Source: Patescibacteria group bacterium UBA3530
GTDB taxonomy: Bacteria > Patescibacteriota > Minisyncoccia > Phycocordibacterales > UBA2100
DNA: 64,000 bases
Direction: 5' to 3'
NCBI GenBank assembly: GCA_002376945.1
Contig: DFOX01000009.1
Span: forward strand, 1,340 to 65,339
In this document: piece after piece, positions 1 to 9,751 of the stretch
Position numbering within the stretch: the stretch's first letter is position 1
Layout of the letters: each line of letters starts with the position of its first letter
Notes under the pieces: model-generated
What the model saw: only the letters and a program-made list of their open reading frames with translations
Database searches by the model: none
Told to the model about the DNA's origin: nothing
Program-made: the position numbers and the translations under genes

Positions 1-1115
1 TTCAACGCGTATGTTTCTGTAATTGCGCGGTCGATAATCGCATCCTCCTCAGGAGTGAGCCCTCCAAACATGATTCTGAAGAGACCCACAAGTGTAATGA
101 TGTTGTTTCGAAGTACATCGGAAGGGTTTTCATCCTCCCGCGGAATGGGGAGATCAAAAGGATTAATGTGGTGTTGCGAAGACAGGGAGATGTTAAAGTG
201 ACGTCCTCCTGTCGTTTCCGCCAAATATTCATATTCTCGTTCCGGGTCGATAACGATTACATCCGTGTCGAACATCAAAGAGCGAACAATTTCGAGTTTG
301 GTCATGTATGACTTACCTGCACCGGATTTTGCGAACACCACGGAGTTATAGTTTTCGAGTGAGAATCTATCAAACAGTACCAAACTCGAGTTATGCCTGT
401 TTATCCCATACAAAATACCTCGGTCAGATGTTAAGTCAAAAGAGATGAAAGGAAAGATACTTGAAAGCGGCGAAGAGTTTAGGTTTGTATGAACGCCGAG
501 TTCATCTTGTGCAATGGGCATCACGCTTTTAAACCCACCCTCTTGTTGAAACAACGCCGGCTTTAGATATACAAGTCGTGCTTCCAAAATGGAGCGAATC
601 TCAGACTCCGCTTTGTCAATTTCGTCTCGCGTATCACCATAGATCGTGATATACAAACCAACTTGGAACATTTTTTCCTGCGCTTGTTGTAGTTGGTCAC
701 GCAGATATTCAAGATCCGAATATGCCGTATCCAGTATAGGATCCCGCACCAACCCCTTTTCCTCTCGAATAGCAATTTGACTTTCTACCTCTGCAACTTT
801 TTTTTGGTATCCGCGCAGTACATCCTGAGTATCCATTGGATGCACAAAAATCGACACATCAAACACTTTGTCCAGATTAACTATCGGCGAGAACCATCCA
901 GTGGTGAGAAATCGAGGATATGAAATGACAAAAAAGGTGCGCGCGACCTTCTCTCCCAAATTAAGGGCGCGAGGAGTTATTTGCAAAGCAGAAGGTGCAA
1001 TCACATCTTGCAGCTCCAAAACACCATGTTGATAGATTTCCTCGGGAAGTACGGGAACTACCTCGCTCTTCCCTTCATCTTCTCTTTTTTTTCTAAATAA
1101 ATCTAAAAAAGCCAT
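1..1115 (-). CDS. VirB4/TraC-like type IV secretion ATPase (partial, runs off left edge)
   Basis: Absent from the ORF track because it has no stop in the window. Manual translation from ATG 1115 gives MAFLDLFRKK...YPRFLTTGWFSPIVN...LYGINRHNSSLVLFDRFSLENYNSVVFAKSGAGKSY (Walker A)...VIVIDPEREY...HINPFD, which is typical of the VirB4 family. Confidence 0.88.
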   Translation of the reverse strand, partial: MAFLDLFRKKREDEGKSEVVPVLPEEIYQHGVLELQDVIAPSALQITPRALNLGEKVARTFFVISYPRFLTTGWFSPIVNLDKVFDVSIFVHPMDTQDVLRGYQKKVAEVESQIAIREEKGLVRDPILDTAYSDLEYLRDQLQQAQEKMFQVGLYITIYGDTRDEIDKAESEIRSILEARLVYLKPALFQQEGGFKSVMPIAQDELGVHTNLNSSPLSSIFPFISFDLTSDRGILYGINRHNSSLVLFDRFSLENYNSVVFAKSGAGKSYMTKLEIVRSLMFDTDVIVIDPEREYEYLAETTGGRHFNISLSSQHHINPFDLPIPREDENPSDVLRNNIITLVGLFRIMFGGLTPEEDAIIDRAITETYAL

Positions 1116-1121
1116 ATCTTT

Positions 1122-1778
1122 TTATTGAGCTACCTGAACAGGTTTCTCTTGTTCTCCCGGATTAAATATCTTGTAGAGCAATTCAATCACTTCTTCGGTA
1201 TCAAGTTGTACTGTACGCACCCCCGTACGCACCAAACCCTGCTGCACAATTGCTACCCTCTGATCCAACTGAGACACATTTTCCTCAAAGGCCGCACTGG
1301 TCTCCTCTTCAGCACTTTTCTTTACCCCACGTCTGTTCCATGGGAGATTGTCCGAAATACTCTTCTTTACGTTAATTGCACTTGGGGTATAGGGTACTAC
1401 CACAAAAAAGTGTTTTGTCATGATGTTTGCTCCCTCGACGAAGTTTTTGATAAATTCGATGTATTCTCTAATCTGAATGCGCATCAAATCATCCATGGTT
1501 TTTTTGTATTCAATCTCAAGCGTTTCAATGTACGGACGGATATCCAGTTCTCGAGATTCAATGTGAATCTGCACTGAAAAGTCCAGTGAATTAAAGAAAT
1601 TTTGGAATTGCATAATGAAAGCATTTTGCTCATCTTCACTTTTAAGTGCGAAGTTGATAGATGAGGCCATTAATACCGCCCGCAATCCTCCGTCGCGCAA
1701 AATTATCACCCCGTCGCGCACTTCTTTGACGGGTACAAAATGTTGAGAAGATTGTGCCGAGGTTTTTGATTGCGGCAT
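1122..1778 (-). CDS. TraC/VirB4 N-terminal-like accessory protein of the CPR secretion locus
   Basis: Motif VKEVRDGVIILRDGGLRAVLMASSINFALKSEDEQ. It lies between prgI and virB4. Start moved to ATG 1778, which has TACAAT 6 nt upstream. Confidence 0.65.
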   Translation of the reverse strand: MPQSKTSAQSSQHFVPVKEVRDGVIILRDGGLRAVLMASSINFALKSEDEQNAFIMQFQNFFNSLDFSVQIHIESRELDIRPYIETLEIEYKKTMDDLMRIQIREYIEFIKNFVEGANIMTKHFFVVVPYTPSAINVKKSISDNLPWNRRGVKKSAEEETSAAFEENVSQLDQRVAIVQQGLVRTGVRTVQLDTEEVIELLYKIFNPGEQEKPVQVAQ

Positions 1779-1782
1779 AGTA

Positions 1783-2214
1783 CTATTGTACCTCACGTTC
1801 TCGATCTGTATGGAGACGCTCGTTAATATCGAGACTCCATGCCAAGTTAGTGAGTTTATTATCAGAAAGACTGGGAATATTGTCAGGAGAAAGACCGGAT
1901 TTTTCAACAACAACATCTTCTTTTTGCTTTTCCTTACGCGTGGTATTCCAGAGATACAGCTTACTGCTGATAAAGTACATAAATGCTGCTTCTGCTATGG
2001 CAATAAATGGTTTGTTATTTATTTTTATAAATGCTAAAGACCCAGAAATACCCAAAACGCCCAGGATAAGGGGGGCGGCTGCGAATAAGGGAAGTGCTCT
2101 CCAGAGCAAAAAGCTTAAACCTACTCCTCCTGCAATATATACAAATTGTTTGAGGGTAAGTGGGCCAAATATTTTATCTTCAACATCAGTAAATTGTGGA
2201 ACTTGGTATTGCAT
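1783..2214 (-). CDS. PrgI-family (VirB3-like) membrane protein
   Basis: MQYQVPQFTDVEDKIFGPLTLKQF followed by two TM segments, the PrgI pattern. Confidence 0.8.
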   Translation of the reverse strand: MQYQVPQFTDVEDKIFGPLTLKQFVYIAGGVGLSFLLWRALPLFAAAPLILGVLGISGSLAFIKINNKPFIAIAEAAFMYFISSKLYLWNTTRKEKQKEDVVVEKSGLSPDNIPSLSDNKLTNLAWSLDINERLHTDREREVQ

Positions 2215-2234
2215 ATGCTCATTGTATACTAGCA

Positions 2235-2687
2235 CTATTCTATAGACTCTCGGTACGGATCTTCACCCACGTCTTTTCTGTGCATACTATTCTCCCCCGC
2301 TCTATACGCGGTCGTATCCGATGGGGCACTTTTTGACGCCGGTTGAGTAGATTTTTCGGACGCGGTATTTGATTGCATCTTCTCTCGTATCGGTGTAAAC
2401 ACCGCCTCGGCAATATCATTCACCAATAATTGAGCTTGAGTCATTTCAACACCCACTTTTTTTGCAATCTGTTCAGTCAAATCATCAGGGTCGGTGATTC
2501 CGAGTAAGGTAAGCATAATCTCGCCTTCCAAAATTGCCCATTTATCGAGGTGTAGGTTGTGATTTTTTGAGATACGCTGAAGACGTTCTTCAATACCAAT
2601 ACTCTCAATCGCATCGATCACCGATTCAGGGAGACGAGCAACACGCTCATCTATCAACGCATCCAGATTTTTGTTTTGTGAATCCAT
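2235..2687 (-). CDS. Hypothetical protein with C-terminal DPYRE motif
   Basis: 150 aa ORF in operon context, ending GEDPYRESIE. Confidence 0.75.
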   Translation of the reverse strand: MDSQNKNLDALIDERVARLPESVIDAIESIGIEERLQRISKNHNLHLDKWAILEGEIMLTLLGITDPDDLTEQIAKKVGVEMTQAQLLVNDIAEAVFTPIREKMQSNTASEKSTQPASKSAPSDTTAYRAGENSMHRKDVGEDPYRESIE

Positions 2688-2689
2688 AC

Positions 2690-4633
2690 CTATTCTTTAA
2701 GTTGATTTTTAATGCGTTCTGCAAAAGCTTTACGTCTCGGAGAAACTCTTCCGCTCGCATACGTAGCATCAACTGCTGCATCCCGTAATTCTTCGAGCGC
2801 TCGAATTTCTTCTCGTATGCTTCTCGCGCGAGCTTTGCTACCAAACTCCTTTTCCGTTTTAAATTCCTTCTCCTTTGCGCTGATACTATCTCGTAGTTCA
2901 AGTACGCTGCGAATGCGACTGGCAGTATCGCTTGCCGCAGCAGGATCAGCGGTTGGTATATCTCGTAACGGAGGTTCTTGTCGCGTACTCTCTCGGGCCG
3001 TCTCTATTCTGCGATCTTGTTCAGCGAGTTGTATTTGCTCATCCACACCAGGTTGTCCTCGCTCAGCCATTTCGGTGTACGCAGTAGACTCTACCTCCCC
3101 ATCACGTTGAACCACAACTGTGGCGGGATCACTCTCTGCTGCCTGTCGTATAGATTCTGATGATCCAGGTTGTTCACTTGCGGCATTACGCAATTCGTCT
3201 GTAATTGATTGCAGTTGTTTATCAACCCGTGTACTTCCTCCGGATTTAATCCGCGCCGCTTCATAATCGGCAAGAGCTTCAAGTGTGGGGGATTCAAATC
3301 CCAAACGTACACCAGTTTTTTCTCGCAACTTTTGTGCCGCCGTTGAATCTGCTAGTCGCATACTACTCTCACTTAAATTTTGCAAGTACGCATCCACTTT
3401 TTGCCCTGCTCCAAGGAATTGCCCAGCAGTACGCATTCTGTCAGCCCCTCTCCGCGCCTGCTCCCGTAAAGCTTCGGCAGGATTTCTTCCTGTGAGTCGG
3501 AAGAGAGAATTCACTGCAAACCCCGGTGCCGTGAGACTGGCTGCCAATACCCTCATTGCATTATTCTTTGCAAATCCAGCTCCCAGTATTGATAGGTTAC
3601 TCGCTACTATTGTGGAAGCATAAAAGAGTCCGAGAACCATAATGGTTGTCAAAATACCTTCAATAGCACCGTCCGTTGCAATTATCTTACCAAGATTAAG
3701 CGGTTCTCGTTCCCCTTGGTTTTGGATAATACTCACCGTGGCCCAGAGCATGATCATAAAGAGTGGAGCGAAAATAACGTTCTTTATCAGGGCGTTTTTC
3801 CACTTTCTCCACCACTCCTCAAGTCCTGGAGTCATCATTGCCACAAATGCCAGAGAGGAGGTGAGCATGAGCACTATAAAAACAACCATCCTGGTTATTA
3901 AGAGTATCGCACCATATGCCATAACAGCGGCAAAAGCGCCTGCAAAGAAGAACACTATTATGACATACATAATGATGTCTCCGACTGAAGCTCCATTTTC
4001 GGACATCTCACTCAATGTTGCGTGCGCGCCCTTAATAAATCCCCCCGCAAGCCCGGTCGCTTGCATAAAAGCTGTTGAGATACCTTGGCTGCCGGATGGA
4101 GATTCAATACTGATTGCATTATAAAATTGTATGGCGAGAATGTTGGAAACATCCAATGCTGCTTTGGTGAAAAAGAGACTGAAATTAATCAAAACGGAAA
4201 CAATCAGTATGGTCGCCACGAACTTCTTTGTTCCGTATGTCTTTATATTTAGAATGACGTTAAATGCAACAAATACAAACATTGAAATCATCACAATGTT
4301 TGCTATATCTCTAAAGCCACTCCATGCCGCATTGATGCCCTCTTCAAAAAAAGCAAAGGTGCTGGAGAATTCAACTACGGTGTAACGAAGGGCGCCATCA
4401 AAAACAAGACCCCCAAAAGCCATAATCAAATTAGCAATTTGCACGAAAATGGCGGGTATGTAGAGCAAGAATTCCGTTACTCCGTTCCAAAACCAATTGC
4501 TATGTCCAGCAGCGTAAGCAATTCCCATCCCGGATTCAATACTCAACGGAGATAAAAGTATCACCAATGCAGAAAAAACCGCCGGAAGAAGGATCGGAAT
4601 ACCGCGCGAAAGTATTTTTCGCAGTTTCAACAT
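2690..4633 (-). CDS. VirB6/TrbL-like polytopic membrane protein
   Basis: Many TM helices, a WSGFRDIANI...VLINFSLFFTKAALDVSNILA motif and a hydrophilic C-terminal tail; adjacent to prgI/virB4. Confidence 0.65.
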   Translation of the reverse strand: MLKLRKILSRGIPILLPAVFSALVILLSPLSIESGMGIAYAAGHSNWFWNGVTEFLLYIPAIFVQIANLIMAFGGLVFDGALRYTVVEFSSTFAFFEEGINAAWSGFRDIANIVMISMFVFVAFNVILNIKTYGTKKFVATILIVSVLINFSLFFTKAALDVSNILAIQFYNAISIESPSGSQGISTAFMQATGLAGGFIKGAHATLSEMSENGASVGDIIMYVIIVFFFAGAFAAVMAYGAILLITRMVVFIVLMLTSSLAFVAMMTPGLEEWWRKWKNALIKNVIFAPLFMIMLWATVSIIQNQGEREPLNLGKIIATDGAIEGILTTIMVLGLFYASTIVASNLSILGAGFAKNNAMRVLAASLTAPGFAVNSLFRLTGRNPAEALREQARRGADRMRTAGQFLGAGQKVDAYLQNLSESSMRLADSTAAQKLREKTGVRLGFESPTLEALADYEAARIKSGGSTRVDKQLQSITDELRNAASEQPGSSESIRQAAESDPATVVVQRDGEVESTAYTEMAERGQPGVDEQIQLAEQDRRIETARESTRQEPPLRDIPTADPAAASDTASRIRSVLELRDSISAKEKEFKTEKEFGSKARARSIREEIRALEELRDAAVDATYASGRVSPRRKAFAERIKNQLKE

Positions 4634-4639
4634 ATTTTT

Positions 4640-6643
4640 CTACAAAGCGTAATCAACCCAATTACCTGGGAGACACCACCCCGTTTCCCAACTAGTTCGA
4701 GTGTCCTCTAGTAGTTGTTGCATGGATCCTTCCGTTTCTCTGTTTGTATCCTGTATGTTCCGTACGTCTGCGTCGGTATGAATTTGCCCGTTTGCAATCA
4801 AGACATCCAGTCGTTCAAGTGCCTTCTTTTGTCCATCTGCAGTTGTTGCTTCATTAATACGATCTCGCAGTTCCAGCAGAGCGATAAGCGCAGCTTCTCC
4901 CGCCAACACCTGCGCTTGTGCATTGAAAAGTAGCGGGGTGATACGCGCATCAATAATGGTTCGCGAGCGTGTGGTGTCAGCGGCGATTGTCTCAGAAAAA
5001 CGCACATACTGAGAAGATGCAGTAACCGTTATATTTGGAAGTGTTGTTGGTATGTTCAGCGTAACAACTCCCGTTGAGTCGGTAGATTTTTGCAAGGTTT
5101 CTTCCATTGTTCTAGTTTGTCCATCGCTATTCCCTTTTTCGATCGCAGTTACGGTTATTTCTCCATCAGGCAAGTTAGTAAGTGCAATCGGTTGTGTTCT
5201 CCAGGTGGTGCCCTGTAGTGAGGCGGTGACGGGATCAGTTGACGATGCGTTTGCTGAAGCGGTGACAGAGACAGATGCATTTACGTTTTCCACGTATCCG
5301 CGAACGATAATACTGCTGGGATATACTGACCGTAAGACTATAACGTTTGAATCATACTTCTTTGTGGTTTCGATAGGTGCGTTGCAAGGAATTGTTGATG
5401 TACCGGTACTGTTGGGGCATACCCGCTGCTTTACCTTCTCAACGACAAATTTTTGAGCTTCATCAGCCATACCATCCCAACATGCAAGCTCCCACGTTTC
5501 GAGTTGCACTTCCGCTTTTGAAAGTGTTCCTACCCCGTCGCGGCGAGCGGTAACAAATTCTCGTTCCGTATAAATAGCATTTTCAATAATGGCAGTAGCA
5601 GCTCCAATTATTTTTCCGCGAGCACGTCTTGCGGAATCAGTTACCAACTGTGAGAGATATGAGGGCTCTCCATTTATGTTTTGGGACAAACCAGCTAGTC
5701 CATTTAGGTCGGTAAGCATGCGAGTACCGATGTTTGCCATAGTACTTGAGATGATTTCGTCAAATTCATCAGCGTTCTCTGCCTGTCGTATTCCTGAACC
5801 AATTACTTGCTTGAGAAGCTCGGAGATAATGTATCCAGGCGTTATCACTACATCGCGAGTGACAATGTTTCCTCCACCGATATCAATGGATTCTTGGCGA
5901 ACTATGGATCTAAAACCATTATTTCTATTTAACTGAATTTCGTCGTTACGTAAAGCGGTCTGTATCCTATTTTGCAGCTGGTTTTGAGCAATCGCGTATG
6001 ACCCCAAGGGAGTACATGCCAAATTATCATTGATACGTGTAAACGATTCCCATCCGCCTGCCGATATAAAATCTCCGTTTCTCATCGCTTCAAGCTTTGC
6101 CGGATCCACATCACACACCAAGGCATTTTGAGGAGTTCGTGTTCGCTGGGCATAGTTGCGAGCCAAAATGGTTTGTATATCACGTCGGTATGCTTCGGGA
6201 ATATTCTCAGTGGCTGTCAGGAGGTACTCCTCCACGATCGGGTCGGCTATCTCCAGTTCTCTCTGTGGTATATTTTGAACATATGCACTGGTTCCGTCGG
6301 TGCCACTGTTTACAAAATCTACAACATTCTTAATCATTACGGATATTAAAGTTTCTCTCGATGCAGAAGCGATGCCATCGAGTACACATTCTTTATAGGT
6401 CAAGATTTTCTGTTGGTCAAAGACCGCGTCATCAAACGCCGGCACGTATGTTCCCTTGGGTCCTTGTGCCCCAACCGGACTGTATTGTGCTGCGCCACAG
6501 CCAAATGCACCATTACGAAGAGCTGGTTTTGTGGTGGTTGCCGTACGTTCAGTGCTTGTCGCCACATCACTTTGTGCGTGAGCGGGAGTCACGGTAAGAA
6601 AGACAAGTGCCGCAACCAAGGTTATGTGTGATAGGCGAATCAT
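4640..6643 (-). CDS. Large secreted hypothetical protein (secretion-locus associated)
   Basis: Signal peptide ending AHA-Q, paired cysteines and an internal beta-rich Ig-like segment. Confidence 0.75.
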   Translation of the reverse strand: MIRLSHITLVAALVFLTVTPAHAQSDVATSTERTATTTKPALRNGAFGCGAAQYSPVGAQGPKGTYVPAFDDAVFDQQKILTYKECVLDGIASASRETLISVMIKNVVDFVNSGTDGTSAYVQNIPQRELEIADPIVEEYLLTATENIPEAYRRDIQTILARNYAQRTRTPQNALVCDVDPAKLEAMRNGDFISAGGWESFTRINDNLACTPLGSYAIAQNQLQNRIQTALRNDEIQLNRNNGFRSIVRQESIDIGGGNIVTRDVVITPGYIISELLKQVIGSGIRQAENADEFDEIISSTMANIGTRMLTDLNGLAGLSQNINGEPSYLSQLVTDSARRARGKIIGAATAIIENAIYTEREFVTARRDGVGTLSKAEVQLETWELACWDGMADEAQKFVVEKVKQRVCPNSTGTSTIPCNAPIETTKKYDSNVIVLRSVYPSSIIVRGYVENVNASVSVTASANASSTDPVTASLQGTTWRTQPIALTNLPDGEITVTAIEKGNSDGQTRTMEETLQKSTDSTGVVTLNIPTTLPNITVTASSQYVRFSETIAADTTRSRTIIDARITPLLFNAQAQVLAGEAALIALLELRDRINEATTADGQKKALERLDVLIANGQIHTDADVRNIQDTNRETEGSMQQLLEDTRTSWETGWCLPGNWVDYAL

Positions 6644-7482
6644 AGGGTTGTGTTGTTAAGAATAAAATAAATATCAAGTTGATTATAGGCGTCTTTAATG
6701 CCATCCTCCCCTTCAAAAAAATCACGAGCAGCTACCATGTTCACAATCGGGTCTTCTGCTCCTTGGCTCATGGTGCTTAAAATGTCAGCAAATACCAAAA
6801 AACTATTTATAACCGAAACATGAGCTTCAGCTGCTCCGTAAGGCACGGTGACGGCGAGCAAGTTATTCGCCACTTCCTTGTATATCACTGATGCGTTTGC
6901 GAGCGTGATGAAATCCTCCGTAGCACCGGTTTCAATAGCGCGTCCATATGTAGTGAGTTCATATTCTTCTATTTCAGATATCGGACTCAACGCTTGTGCA
7001 AACGCACCCCGGTATACTTCAAGAGATACCGCATCTCTGCGGAGGTCCTGTACGGTGAGTGTTCCCTTTCTTTCGACTCCAAATTGATCCTCTGTTGCTT
7101 CCGCTATCACAAATGCGAACGCATCAGGATTATATGAACCACGAGTCTTTGCTTGTACATAGGTACCGATAATATCTTGTGAGAGCGCATCGGCTTGCGT
7201 GATAGGAACGACGTTCTCTTTTTCTACTGAGGAATTCGTATTGGCACGAAGTGGGTCTGTTCCCTGCAGCGTCTCTTCCCAATCGCGAATACCGTCACCA
7301 TCAGAGTCAAGAGCGTATTCTTTTGTTTCCAAAAGATTCTCCGTTGCTGCACCATTTGTGCGCGCATAATCGCTTTTTGACGGTTGCAGTAACGGACTTC
7401 TCCAAACCGCAAAGGCGAGAAGAGCTATGCTGAATATGATGGCCGCTTTCACACTGCCGTTTTTGTAAAAATCAATAGCCAC
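6640..7482 (-). CDS. Membrane-anchored protein with thrombospondin type 3-like Ca-binding repeat
   Basis: N-terminal TM followed by DSDGDGIRDWEETLQGTDP. Confidence 0.7.
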   Translation of the reverse strand: MAIDFYKNGSVKAAIIFSIALLAFAVWRSPLLQPSKSDYARTNGAATENLLETKEYALDSDGDGIRDWEETLQGTDPLRANTNSSVEKENVVPITQADALSQDIIGTYVQAKTRGSYNPDAFAFVIAEATEDQFGVERKGTLTVQDLRRDAVSLEVYRGAFAQALSPISEIEEYELTTYGRAIETGATEDFITLANASVIYKEVANNLLAVTVPYGAAEAHVSVINSFLVFADILSTMSQGAEDPIVNMVAARDFFEGEDGIKDAYNQLDIYFILNNTTL

Positions 7483-7533
7483 GTAGTTAGTATATCAATA
7501 TATAAGCCATATGGTGTGCGTATTGTGGGGACA

Positions 7534-8382
7534 CTATAAGCCCCGTGGGGAGAACATAAAAGCCGCACCGGGTTCGGAGGGAGCAAATGTCACCTCATAG
7601 GCGCTCATAACCGCATTGATGCCAATAAGTTGTTCCGCAACCTGTTCGGAAGCTTTGTTGTACAACAGCAGTGCGTCGAGCAATTCCGAATCAGAGATTT
7701 CGGTAAGAGCCAGTAAACGTTCCCCCACCAGTGCGTAACCTTCTATTAAATAGGAGTGCACTGCAGTAACCGAATCTGGCGCCGCAATATCCGTAAGTGT
7801 TTGAGCGAGTGTCTGATAATCTTGCGCAAGCGCTACCACTGCCTCTTTGTTACTCCCTTCCTTAAAAAATACATCCAATGTCTGAATTTGTGCAGCATGC
7901 TGTATTTCAAGTGCAGAAACGGCTTCACCTACACTATTTCCATACGCATGTAATTCCCGCTGTAGCGGTGTTTGGTTGGTTTCTTCACGAATATTTTGAG
8001 AAAACTCATTCGAATATTCATTAATTGATAAGATCTCGGGAGTAAATGGAGTGAAAGGATTGTTTTTTGGTGTTTGGGCGCCTCCGATAAGTTGGTAAAA
8101 AAGATCTCGTATATCATTATTGTCAATGGTTGTTTCTGCAGTGCGTTGCGGGGTCGTTATAATCTCTCCCGATGGGGTTTGTGTAGAGAAAACAAAAGGT
8201 GGTGAGGAGGGCGATGATTCATTTATTTTTTGAATGTTCGGTGATACGTATGGAGTGTAAGGAACTGAAAACGAAGACCGAGTACCTTCACGTGGTGCTG
8301 ACGGACTAAATACCATCGCCACTGCACTGGCGATAAGGAAGAGGATTACCGCAAGAGAGATAAATAAAACAGATCGCTTCAT
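7534..8382 (-). CDS. Membrane-anchored hypothetical protein
   Basis: N-terminal TM and helical C-terminal domain resembling the adjacent gene. Start 8382 has TATACT 6 nt upstream. Confidence 0.7.
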   Translation of the reverse strand: MKRSVLFISLAVILFLIASAVAMVFSPSAPREGTRSSFSVPYTPYVSPNIQKINESSPSSPPFVFSTQTPSGEIITTPQRTAETTIDNNDIRDLFYQLIGGAQTPKNNPFTPFTPEILSINEYSNEFSQNIREETNQTPLQRELHAYGNSVGEAVSALEIQHAAQIQTLDVFFKEGSNKEAVVALAQDYQTLAQTLTDIAAPDSVTAVHSYLIEGYALVGERLLALTEISDSELLDALLLYNKASEQVAEQLIGINAVMSAYEVTFAPSEPGAAFMFSPRGL

Positions 8383-8430
8383 GTGCATAGTATACCGTAT
8401 TCATACACTGTTGCGTGGTATAGTGTTTGA

Positions 8431-8766
8431 ATGAAGCGATCGCTGATAGTTGGAATCGTAATCATATTTATTGCTGCAGGAGCGATTATCACCCTTACAA
8501 AAGCAACGGCACTTTCTTGGGGAGGGCCGTTTCAGACAGTCATACCATGCTGGAACGAAGGTGTTATTTGGACCGTTGTAGGGCCTCCGCGACCCGGGGT
8601 CTTTATCTGGACCGCTTCGACCAAGACATATGACTATGGACCCCCATCAAGACCAGGTCAGTACGGTCTTGGTTTGGCAGGACCACCCTATTTTTGTGTA
8701 GTATCTCCCTATCCCGTGATTGTGTTACCGGGAATCATCATGACCATGGTCGGCACCAGTCGATAA
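8431..8766 (+). CDS. Small secreted Gly/Pro/Cys-rich hypothetical protein
   Basis: Signal peptide, WGG..IPC...PGQYGLG...C...GTS pattern, and TGGTATAGT 6 nt upstream. Confidence 0.7.
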   Translation: MKRSLIVGIVIIFIAAGAIITLTKATALSWGGPFQTVIPCWNEGVIWTVVGPPRPGVFIWTASTKTYDYGPPSRPGQYGLGLAGPPYFCVVSPYPVIVLPGIIMTMVGTSR

Positions 8767-8767
8767 G

Positions 8768-9541
8768 TTACAAGATTGCAACCAATGCAATCCATGTATG
8801 CAAAGAGACCTCTTCGGCTCGTGCATTCTCACTCAATCCTACTGCCAACATACTCTTTAATATATGCTCCTTTCCTCCAAATGGAGATAGATTGTTCACC
8901 AGTTTCTTTCTCTTGCTTGAGAAACCAGCTTTCACGACTTTAAAAAAGCGCTCTTGAGAAATCGTTCCAAGGTTTTGCTTGGAAATACCTCCGATGTGCA
9001 GTATTGCTGAATCAACCTGTGGTGTGGGATTGAAATATCGTGCCGGCACGGTGCTCACATATCGAGGATGTCCGTATATTTTCACCGAAAGACTCAAAAT
9101 GGTTTCCTTGGGATCTTTTGCAATACGTTCAGCAACCTCTTTTTGTACCAGCACAGTCATGCTCTTTGGTTGATGTTTTGAAGCGAGAAACGTTTTTATC
9201 AACACTCCAGTTATATAGTACGGAATATTGGCCACTATTTTGTATGTATGAGGCAAAAAATCATGAACAGGTGTGTCTAAAATATCACCTGCAATCAGGG
9301 TAAGCTGTGTAGTTTCAATCTCAGTATGAAAAGTTTCAGTAAGCGCATCTACCATGTCTTGGTCTGTTTCCACCGCAATCACCGATGCTCCGGTGGCAAG
9401 GATTGCCTCGGTAAGCACTCCCTTTCCGGGCCCGATTTCAAGAATAGTGTCGCCTTCGGCAATGTCAGCAGCACGTATCATGGTAGCTATAGCTGCTCTT
9501 GAGGTGAGAAAATGTTGTCCTAGATGTTTTTTGGCTCTCAT
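8768..9541 (-). CDS. rsmA: 16S rRNA (adenine1518/1519-N6)-dimethyltransferase
   Basis: KKHLGQHFL, LEIGPGKG, ANIPYYIT, QKEVAERI and FNPTPQVDSA motifs. Confidence 0.95.
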   Translation of the reverse strand: MRAKKHLGQHFLTSRAAIATMIRAADIAEGDTILEIGPGKGVLTEAILATGASVIAVETDQDMVDALTETFHTEIETTQLTLIAGDILDTPVHDFLPHTYKIVANIPYYITGVLIKTFLASKHQPKSMTVLVQKEVAERIAKDPKETILSLSVKIYGHPRYVSTVPARYFNPTPQVDSAILHIGGISKQNLGTISQERFFKVVKAGFSSKRKKLVNNLSPFGGKEHILKSMLAVGLSENARAEEVSLHTWIALVAIL

Positions 9542-9750
9542 ATCTTGGTAAACCGAGGTTGGCCATGAGCATTCTTTCCCAGAAATAATGCTAGCGGACG
9601 CACCCATAGTGTTCCTTTTGGAAAATCTCCATGGTTATTGAGAGATTGGTACACTACCAGCTTCTCCAGTGATTCACTGTGATACCCAACACCAAGCACA
9701 GTGTATGTACCTCCTTTTGCGTGTCTGTAGATTCCTTTTTCTACCTCCAT
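9538..9750 (-). CDS. DUF1653-domain protein
   Basis: GIYRHAKGGTY...HSE...VVYQSL...WVRP...F...RF pattern. Confidence 0.8.
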   Translation of the reverse strand: MEVEKGIYRHAKGGTYTVLGVGYHSESLEKLVVYQSLNNHGDFPKGTLWVRPLALFLGKNAHGQPRFTKI

Positions 9751-9751
9751 A

